From the NCBI RefSeq assembly GCF_009914755.1, contig NC_060939.1: DNA of 64,000 bases. One strand, written 5' to 3'. The DNA is from the human T2T-CHM13v2.0 reference genome, Homo sapiens. Made by a program: the position numbers and the translations under genes. A model generated the notes under the pieces. That model did not search any database, was not told the origin of the DNA, and saw only the letters and a list, made by a program, of their open reading frames with translations. Positions within the stretch are counted from its first letter, which is position 1. Every line of letters starts with the position of its first letter. Below are positions 49,759-64,000 of the stretch, in pieces.

Positions 49759-50902
49759 TTCTTACTATCTTACTGACAATTCTCACTATCTTGTTTTATA
49801 ACTTGGAACATGATTATAATTATAGTATTGTTAAATATTTTATTTTTATTTTATAATTATACTTTAAAAATATTATTTTGGTAAATAATCATAAAATATG
49901 AAAAATAAATCTTTCCATTAACTGAATCAATTGTCCCCTTGCAGGATTTTGGCTTCACAACTTCCTAATCCTTGAAATATTAATTTTGATTATTTTTCTA
50001 ATATGTACCCATATGTCTTTGAGTAAATTTTTATTGGAAGGACAAATCAGTGCTGGATATACAGATGCCATTGCTTCGTACTCAGGTAAAGACAACCTGA
50101 TATTTATGATCCTCTTGATCATATTTTTATTCTCTTAAAATCTTTATGTCTTCTAATAATGTTAACAGAGAAGAAAAAAAGTCTTATCTAAGCCTGACTT
50201 TTTATTTTTAAGGAAGTTTTTTTATTTATTTGTAAAATTCAGGAGTTTGGCTAGTTGTTATTTAAATATGGAGAACTCTTCCTTGTTTCTTCCCCCTCCC
50301 TGCCTAGAAGCTGCTTGGTGCTTTTATTATTCGTACTTCAGTGATAGCTTTGATTATTGTTTCAGATCTCCTTGCCCTTGTGTCTTTCCCCAGTACACAA
50401 ACTATTCTCGAGGTGGAACCTGTGGTCTCTGGCATACCCATCCGCCTTCTTCTCTGTCATTAGTTCATCTCTTCCTTTGCCCTCCAGAGCTCTGATTCAA
50501 TTGCTGCTTGAACTTTTCAGTGTGTCAGTTTCTTTCTCCACGGATTTCCCTGTGGATGGAAAATCTGCCCTTGCACTTTAGTTTTCATAGAAGCCTCATC
50601 TCAGCTATCTCCCATTTTGTGATATGAGCCTCTTTTGTTATTGTAGCCTTCATCTCCTATTTCCTAAATTCCATGTGTTTCTACATACTGTTCATAGACA
50701 AATAGTTTAAAGCAATGTTCTATAGTTTCTTGTGGTTTGAAAGTCATATATTTTTAAATACGTTTTCTCCCCCTGAGAATTCAGCATACAGTTTCATTTT
50801 TCTTGTACGCAGGATGATTTTTAGGATTTTTTTTCTGTTATATTTTTTCCATTCTGGTTACCTAGAAGGTAGTGATTATTACCCCAAACCAGGGTTTGAT
50901 AC

Positions 50903-52683
<1,781 letters not shown>

Positions 52684-53088
52684 AAAAAATCTTATACATT
52701 ATATTGCTCAAATTTTATCCTTTAATAAGTCATAACGGAGAAACATGCTAATGATTTCACAATTAAATGTGACGTTCATTTAGTGTTTTGCTTTGTAATA
52801 TTAAATATTTTATTGTTTTCCATGGGATACCTTTTCCTTTAAAATTCTACTTTATGTGAAATCGATGATGTTATAAATAGTCTTTGATTTTTACTTTATT
52901 AATCTTTGTACATTTTAATATCGTTAAACTTACAGGAACAGTTTGTACACTTCATGGAAATAGAGTAGAGTAATAGAGTTTGATTATTTGTTTTGTTTTC
53001 AGCTGAGGGTTTTTTTTTTTTGGTAATTTCAGTCTTAGAGTCTTTCTTTTCAGCAGTTAGTGGTATAATTCATATTTGCTTCTCATAG

Positions 53089-54489
<1,401 letters not shown>

Positions 54490-55224
54490 TGTGCTCACCC
54501 ATATTTCTGTTTGCTGTGTGGTGCAGTGCGACCACACGGTTCTTCAGACACAACCTCTGCTTTCTCATTTACCTCAACACTTTAACCCTTAGATTCTTTT
54601 TTACTATACTTCAGTGTATTTCCCAGGCATATATTGTCTATGAGGGATAAAATAAAATATCAATTAAAAACAAAAAAATTCAGAGAAATATTAACCATTC
54701 ACTCTTCTAAGTTCTCAAAGGTTACATTCTTCACCAAATCATATAACCAGGTCCCAATAAAATACCATCATGCAGGGAATTTAACATCATGTAGTTTAAA
54801 ATACCATCATGCGGGCAGCTTTCAACTAAGCATCCTGTAAGAAAAGATCATTTGTTCTTACATCTTTAAAAGTTTGGAAATTGCTATGGAAGATTATTTT
54901 TATTATATTGTCCATTGTCTGTTGCTTGAAGACATATATTTTGCTTGAGTTTAGAGTTACCAAAAAATAGTTGCTGATATATCCAGATACTATTTTATTA
55001 ACTAACAATACCTATTTGAATTCTGGTTTTCCTTTTGGCCTTTAAGAACAAGGGGCTTAGGACTAAATTTTAGGCTGAAGGGTAGTGTTTCCTTCCCTAG
55101 GTTGTCCCATGTAATTGTCACCTCTTTCTCTTCATTATTCTGTCATTTTGCCCTTGTTTTATAGTGTCTGTGCCTTTCATTCTAAGCTATCTCAGGGGCT
55201 TTTCTGGAAATACACAGTGTATAA

Positions 55225-55546
<322 letters not shown>

Positions 55547-56469
55547 AACACACGTCTTTATTTTGTTTTCAAAGATGCTTGGGTGGGACTAGATGACCTC
55601 TAAGGTCCTTTCCAGCTCTAAATTTACGTTACTTTCACCAAAGACAGACAAAAAAAAAATCTGTTAGGTTATAGGTCTAGAGATGAGTGCCAAGTACTAT
55701 ATTCCTGCTCTAGGTGCATTTCTTGTTGAAGGCAGTGCTAGATTCAGTGACCTGTTACGGCCGTTTACAGTCTTATGGTGATAAAACAAGAGAACTGATT
55801 GCTAAAAAAAAAAAAAAAAAATTCAGTTGAAATATCTTTTTACTCTTAAGCATCAACAAAAAATAAATAGAAAACAGAAGAGTTGAATTATTTAGTTTGA
55901 GCTATTTGTAATAAATTTGGACAACTAAGCTAAGCCCGAGTGTAGTTAATTCAATGAAATTAGTCATTTGAATATTGTCACAACCTTACTACCACATTAG
56001 CATTAAGTGTGATTAAAATTTATTCTTTGTTTCTGTGTGAGTCTCCACAGAATCAGCTATCAACACCTTCATAATAAACTAGCCCTTCATTGCTTTCAGG
56101 AAACTTTTAGATTCAGAGCAGGTGGTTGGGCTTCTGCTTTAAAAGAGAACAAATCATTTTTAAAGTCCCTTTCCTGTTTGTGTGTGTGAATTTAGAACAC
56201 AGAAATTATCCATTGCATTGTTTATTTTTGCTAGGAGGTAGAAGTTCTTAAAAATATAGGAAATACTAGATATCATGTACTGATAATTTCCAAAGCTAAT
56301 TATTTTTCTTAAGTCCAAGCTATAATTTAAGAGGCGTACTTGTGAAATATGAATATTGTTTTAGAGTAATAAAATGTTTCTCATGGAAAAATAGAATATG
56401 ATTTTGTCGAAGTTCAAGGGAATATCCATTTTCATTCAGGTAGCTTCCAGATTTTTGTCTTTACATGTT

Positions 56470-56915
56470 CTGTGTAGTGATTTAAATACCGTACCTCCAA
56501 AATTTATGTCCATTAGGAACTTTAGAATGTGATTTTATTTGGAAGTAGGGTCTTTGCAGATATAATTAACCCAGTGATTGAGATGAGGTCATCCTGGGTG
56601 AAGGTGGGCCCTAAATCCAGTGTAAATGTCCTTATAACATACAGGAAAAGACACACACAAGGTCATGTGAAGATGGAGACAGAAATTGGAGTTATGCAGT
56701 CATAAATCAAAGAAGGTCAAGGATTGCCAGGAGCCACTGGAAGCCAGGAAGAAGCGAGGGAGAATTCTTCCCTAGGGTCTTCAGGGGGAGTGTGGCCCCG
56801 CCAACATCTTGATTTCAGAGGTCCAGGCTTCCGAACTATGAGAGAATATATTTCTGTCCTCTTAACCCACCAAGTGTGTGATAATTAGGTATGATGGCCC
56901 TAGGCAACTACTACA
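56470..56915 (+). mobile_element. MLT1-family MaLR LTR
   Basis: gaatgtga..ttatttggaa.tagggtctttgcagat..aattaa...tgagatgaggtcat...gccctaggcaacta.taca. Confidence 0.75.
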
Positions 56916-59525
56916 CTCTAATTCAGAAGTTCTTCTGGATTTTATTGTATCATGTGTTGGTAGGAAGTACCTGGCTGTTTCATTTGCATGATATGTGGGT
57001 AATCTTAGAATTATCATATCTTGCAAGTAATTTTAAAGTATGTTGTAATGTAGTCAGAAGCTTTTTAAATATGAAATTTAATTCATGCTGGTGTCAACTA
57101 CATTTGAAAAAATACAAAAAAGCTATATAAGATTCTAGGATCTTTCAGAATTTTATAATGTTTATAATGGACAGTTGGTTAAATAAAAATTGTACCCTAA
57201 ACAATTTTGTTGTTGGCTTAAAATAGCATTTAATTTATTAGTGCTCAGATAATAGTTATCCCCTAAATAGCATTTTTACTTTCATATGTTGATATCAAAC
57301 AGTGAAGTGAGACAGCAAATCAGTACAACGTGGTGATCATCAAACATCATAAATCCATGAAGGATAGCCTTGATCTTACTGAGAAGAGTTTAATTTTAAA
57401 ATGCATACCTGGAAAAGGCAACTTAGATTAACATTTCAAACTCACATAACATTATTTGTGATTGATTATAGTTATAATTGATCATTTTACTTTTGGACCG
57501 TCACTTTGAATCAAACTGGGATAAATATAAATTAAAGATTGATTATTTGCTTTGAATTTTAGATTAAAAAATTCAAAAACCATAAAAACAGAGCTTTGAC
57601 TATAATAAAGGTATTTATCCTTTCTTGGTAAGAATTGGGGAGGGGTTTAAGAAAAGGCTAAGCAATGTTCTATTTTTTACATAGGCAAAAGTTCATTTGT
57701 GCTACTTTTTAATTAGGTAGTTTGTTGTTTTTTAAATGACAGCTTCCTAAACACTACTGATTTTACATGTGCAGTCATTAGCTTTTCATGTGGAAATAGT
57801 ATCTTTCAAATTCACGCAGCTGCTTATTTTATGAAATGCAATGGGACTACTTATTTGCCACCTGTCTAAACTGGAATGCATAGATTCATGCCTTGCCAAA
57901 TGAGGAGTTAGGGTGAAAAGTGATTAACGTCCATTCTTTAATGAGTTTCTAAGTCTTTCTGAACATGTTTTTATTCTATTTATTGCAGTGGTATACTAAC
58001 ATTTTCGTGTTGGTTGCTGTACAAAGCATGATAATACCTTTATTAAAGCAATGTTAATGACATCCATAAGATATCATAAAATATTATATTCTTAATAGGA
58101 AATTTGTTATATATAAATAACAATAAAGATCGTAATAAGCTCTCCTTAATTCTGTTTATTTTGACTTCATTATTAAGTTTGGAAACATAGGTGTCAAATT
58201 TAGACATTATTTATATGTAATTATAAAGCCAAATAAATGTTAGAGATTAACTTAAAAAGAGTTTTGTGGCTTAACAATTGAAGTGAGATAGTGAGATCAC
58301 AAGGGGCTTAATCATTCTGAATTGATTCTACAGATGTCTCCTTTCTCTAAATGCCCTGTAAGCTTCCTATCTTCCATGAAAGTTTATTCCCATAATCCTG
58401 GCACATAAAATTAGTCATATAACTCTTTTCCATTCTGAGATTTCAAGGATTAGGACTTTCAACATAGAGAAAACGTGCTGTGTAGAAGCTGAATGTACAA
58501 AAGGCAACACTTGGCAACGGAATCCAGTATTTCCCAAGTATTTGAGGAAACTTACAAAACCCAAATCTCTAGTACTTGCTTTCACATTTGCTATCAGAAC
58601 CAGGAAGGGAGGCCTAGAAATGGTTTGAATGGAAAATTTGTTGTTGTAGAAGGGGTTCCCATTCACTGGTGAATAGACACAACGTATTTCCCAACCTTCT
58701 TTTAATCCAAGATAGCAACATTTTTACTGGAGCCAAAGATAAAACCAGTATTTAATCTCCTAGAAATTAGGAGATTTATGACTCTGGAAATGGAAAGAAT
58801 TTTCATATCCAGCCACATAACCAAGTCATGCAAGAACATAATAAACAAACCAATCAAACAACAAGAATAACAACCACAACATGGTCCCCATTCTGTCTTT
58901 AACCTCTGATAGAAAGAGCAGTAATGGTAAGACGAGAAAGCTCTCGTCAAGTGTTTTCCTCATCTACTGTTAATGATTTATTCTTACATCCTGTCCCAGT
59001 CCAATTATCAAAAAATTCTAAGAGAGATCCCTTTAACTGACTTGTAATGAATTCCAGGGTCACATTCCAGATATTGTTTTCCCCTGAAGTCGTGTAAGTG
59101 CACCTCAAAATACTATACTTTTGGTGTGAATCTGAGCCAAATTCTATTGTATTCTAAATAAAGTGAAACTCCTATCAGCCAATAGGGCACGGTATCAGTT
59201 TCAAATAAGACAAGTTGGTAAAGTCAGGAGAAATGACTTCCTCCTTCCTCCTGATGTGCTGTATATAGATGTATTAGCACTGCCTTTTAATATTTTATGT
59301 GTTCAACAGAGAGGGAACTAACATCTTGTTAATCCTCATTTGAAAACAATTTTGCGAATGTAAATGTAGCAGGGCTTTTGCCTTTTTTCCTTCTTCATGA
59401 AAAACAAGTAGTGCTTGGGGAGCAAGTGTTCCTGTTCAACTGCTGTCACTCATTCCCAGCTCTGTTTAGAAGAAATAAGCACAGATGGTTGGTCTACTAC
59501 TTCCCCAACGAAAAATTTGCCTGTT

Positions 59526-59914
<389 letters not shown>

Positions 59915-61384
59915 TTATCCACTGCTTGTGCATGAAAGAGAAAAAGAAGAAATTAATGATTTATTAAAATTTCATGAGGGGAACTCAAAAACGCTTTGTT
60001 ACAAAAAAATTTAATTTAGAAACCGTGTATTTTGCATGCAAAATTAAAGTCTTCAGGGAAGTAAGTTTTTATATCAGACTTGCATCCTAAAGTACTCATT
60101 TAATGATGACAGAACCACTTCATCCATGTTAAAAATACCTGTGTGGGTCTTTTTTATTTATACTGTGGCTTAATGAAAATTTGTCTATTGTAAATATATT
60201 AAGAAAAAGAGCATAAAGACTTTTTAACATAATTTTCTAACGCTGAAAATACATACAAACAGTAAAATACCCAAATCTTAACTGTACAGCTCAATACTTC
60301 TTTTGTTTTTAAACAAACTTAGCCCTTCTGTGTATCCAGTACTCAAATCAGGAAATTTTATATTATTACTTCTTCTAGACACTATTTCATAGGATAGCTC
60401 TTATGGTGATTTGGAACATAACTGATGAGTTTTACAATTTTTAGTGAATTAGATCGTAGTATATGTTCTGTATCTTGCTTCTTTCATTCAATATTTAGTT
60501 TATAAGATTTGTTAATCTTTTTGCATATAGTTGTAATTTGTTAGGTTCTCATTGCTATATACTATATCATTATACAAATATAAGTTCAATTTGTGGTTAT
60601 TTTGAATGGTGCCTCTCTGAGCATTCATGTATTTGTCTTTTGGTAAATATTGCTGGGTATATGCTCAGGGTCATAGAATATGGTCAGATTTAGCATACAT
60701 GGAAAATGGTGGTGTCCATCAGTTTACATTTCCATCCACAATGGGAGAGAGTTCTAGTTGCTCCGCATCTTTGCCAACACTTGGTATCATTTCTCTCTTT
60801 CATTTGAACTGTTCTGATGTGTATGTATCACTATTTCAATTGTGGTTATTTTGAAGATTACAAAATTGGCAAAGAATAACTGATTTTATTAAATCATATT
60901 TCATTTGAAGTAACGTGGGTCTACTTTGCAGTATTTTTCCCTATTTACATGATTCATAAGAAGAGTGATCATGAGATAGTCAACAATATAACAGCTTGGA
61001 ATGAGATTTTTGATCAGCTATAATTGTAATGTATTTTATCTAAATATTATTTAACTGTATTAGTAACTGTGATCATTAAGAACAGAAACAAAAGGTAAGC
61101 AAGTCCTTAGATTAACATGAAACAACATTCCTGCCTTTTGAAAGAAACTTTTCTGACCTGTGAGTAAATGATGTAAATCAATTAATAGCTTAACTGAAAT
61201 TAAGAAATGAGTCTCAGCTTTCATTGCCTATATTATATCTGTGTTTCTGGAGAAACAAAAAAACAGTATGACAAACCTACAGTCTGCTAGTTTCTTCTCA
61301 CCCTGCCAACAACTGTTATATTACTGTTTAGCTGGTTATGTGCAACCATTTGTTCAGGATTGTTTTGTTTTGCTTAGTTTTACT

Positions 61385-61565
61385 TTTTAAGGCAGAGTCT
61401 TGCTCTGTTGCCCAGGCTTGAGGTCTATGAGTTACACTCAGGGTCACATGGTCAACGAGATGTAATCACAGCTCACTGCAGCCTTAATCTCCTGGGCTCA
61501 CGTGATCCCCCTGCCTCTGCTTCCTCAGTAGCTGGGACTACAGGTGCATGCCACGACACCCGGCT
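61385..61565 (-). mobile_element. Alu right-arm fragment containing a ~45-bp non-Alu insertion
   Basis: gagtcttgctctgttgcccaggct [insert] atcacagctcactgcagcc...gtagctgggactacagg. Confidence 0.75.
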
Positions 61566-62291
61566 TGTTGAGCAGAGTTTTGATGAAAATCATTCTTCCC
61601 TTCTTAATCACAAACAGTGAAACCTTAGAAAATGTAATTAGAGAGAAAAATAACATTTTGCACCAAGCTAATTGTATCTTTACCTTTTATTAGTTGGTTT
61701 CAGGATTGGTACTTGTTGATGGTTCTGTTTTGGAGTGTGCGTTCCCTGGGTTTAACTCCTTGCAGCACACTTTATATACATTGTGTGGCCTTACTTGAGT
61801 AACTTAAGTTGCTTAACTTCTCCAGATCCCAGATTCTCAACCTGTAGAATGGAAGTAATTATAATACAAACATTATATGGTGGGTTAGTCCAGGTCCTCC
61901 AAGAGGTAGATGTTGAAAACGAGTTAAACACAAGAGGATTTTATTAAGGGAAATCCCTGTGAGAGAAAATGGAGAGGAAGCTGAGTAAGCCTGGAAGAGG
62001 TCTCAGCTATGAGGCAAGTCTGACCTAGAATGAAGGAAAGAGGAAAGGAAGGTTGAGTGGAAGCATTGGAGCGTAATGTACAGTCTAAGGAAGGGTGAGA
62101 AAAGGCTTCAGGGAATCCTGAGCCAAGACTGGTCCTCAGAGAAGCCCTGTGTCTCCTAAAGAGGGATCTGCATTAGCCACCCTGTGGCCCTCAGTCATTG
62201 ACTGAGGGGCAGATGCAGAAACAGATTTTAGAGTGAAGCAGCAAGTGGCCGTAGGCAGTTAGGCTTCCCATACTTTGAGGTCTATGAGTTT

Positions 62292-63056
62292 ATTTATTTA
62301 TTTATTATTTATTTATTTAAATTATACTTTAAGCTCTGGGTTACATGTGCAGAACTTGCAGTTTTGTTTCATAGGTATACACATGCCATGGTGGTTTGCT
62401 GCACCCATCAACCCGTCACCTACATTAGGTATTTCTCCTAATGTTATCCCTCCCCTACACCCCCACACCCCACAGGCCCCAGTGTGTGATGATCCCCTCC
62501 CTGTGTCCATGTGTTCTCATTGTTCAACTCCTGCTTTATGAGTGAGAACATGCGGCGTTTGGTTCTCTGATCTTGTGATAGTTTGCTGAGAATGATGGTT
62601 TCCAGCTTCATGCATGTCCCTGCAAAGGACATGAACTCATGTCCTTTTTTATGGCTGCATAGTATTCCATGGTATATATGTGCCACATTTTCTTAATCCA
62701 GTCTATCATTGATGGACATTTGGGTTGGTTCCAAGTCTTTGCTATTGTGAATAGTGCCACAATAAACATACGTGTGCATGTGTCTTTATCGTAGAATGAT
62801 TTATAATCTTTTGAGTATATGCCCAGTAATGGGATTGCTGGGTCAAATGGTATTTCTAGTTCTAGATCCTTGAGGAATTCACACACTGTCTTCCACAATG
62901 GTTGAAGTAAATTACACTCCCACCAATAGTGTAAAAGCATTCCTATTTTTCCACAACCTCTCCAGCATCTGTTGTTTCCTGACTTTTTAAGGACTGCCAT
63001 TCTAACTGGAGTGAGATGGTATCTCATTGTGGTTTAGATTTGCATTTCTCTAATGC
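62292..63056 (-). mobile_element. 5'-truncated L1PA (ORF2 C-terminus plus 3'UTR)
   Basis: Minus-strand translation [31 protein letters not shown] is the L1 ORF2 C-terminus. TSD aggtctatgagttt at 62278-62291 / 63057-63070. Confidence 0.92.
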
Positions 63057-63292
63057 AGGTCTATGAGTTTCTTATTCATGGTCACTAAAAGATGTTTATC
63101 ATGAATTGAAATCTCCAGATAAGAGTAAAGCAATGCCTAATTCATAGTTACGCACTTATCAATTTATTTATTCATATTATTCATTATCGTTATGAATATT
63201 CAACACATTAATAAAAGAGTCACATGTGCAATCTACTTGGGGTATTGGGAGAGTAAAGAATAACATAGTGGTGCTACAGGTAATTTAAGAGA

Positions 63293-63296
<4 letters not shown>

Positions 63297-63324
<28 letters not shown>

Positions 63325-63325
63325 A

Positions 63326-63380
<55 letters not shown>
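63297..63380. repeat. (TC)n(TG)n(TA)n compound microsatellite
   Basis: Directly visible. Confidence 0.95.
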
Positions 63381-63384
<4 letters not shown>

Positions 63385-63600
63385 CACAGGTATAATTATT
63401 TTCCTTCTACTATTTGTTATTGATGTATACTGCCAAATCCCTAACGGATACTGGAATACTTAACTCTAAGCTCCCCCCACGCCTACAAAAGAAGTGGGTA
63501 CAAGGTTATTTTTTAAATCAAAAGATTTATTAATAGTATTTTTATCATGTCCAATTGATATTATCATTATCAAAAAGTTTAATCACTTATTATTACTTGA

Positions 63601-63937
<337 letters not shown>

Positions 63938-64000
63938 TGTTCCACTTCTTAAAACTGGTCACTGGAAGTACATCGTCTTGGGAAGAACTGGATATTTCTT

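Noticed and set aside
54758-54812. Direct repeat aaataccatcatgc x2
   Set aside because: Short local duplication with no further structure.
62608-63027. 139-aa ORF
   Set aside because: C-terminal remnant of L1 ORF2 in a 5'-truncated element.

Overview
Human (primate) genomic DNA, not prokaryotic. It matches a chromosome 15q11-q13 segmental-duplication block. Main content, in order: (1) a + strand GOLGA8-family golgin gene (GOLGA8DP/8F/8G type; the copy cannot be resolved by eye). Its 19 coding exons splice by hand into an uninterrupted 648-codon ORF (9290-19616). It also carries two dead GOLGA2-derived exons, an intronic 7SL pseudogene fragment and a ~3.1 kb inserted 3'UTR. (2) An unusual ~3.4 kb tandem array of head-to-head Alu composites with strand-biased T>C substitutions and an LTR fragment (26.57-30.0 kb). 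(3) A 5'-truncated ABCB10 processed pseudogene with a 10-bp TSD inside an old L1 (31715-35500). (4) A perfect 30-bp-arm hairpin inside a fold-back insertion (37.6-37.8 kb). (5) The MIR4509 hairpin (49665-49758), lying between two copies of a ~1.3 kb Alu-bounded duplication with swapped TSDs. The rest is Alu, L1, MaLR, MIR and simple repeats. Most entries in the six-frame ORF track are repeat-derived artefacts. Family and consensus assignments come from recall, not from database searches. Repeat boundaries are approximate unless a TSD is given.
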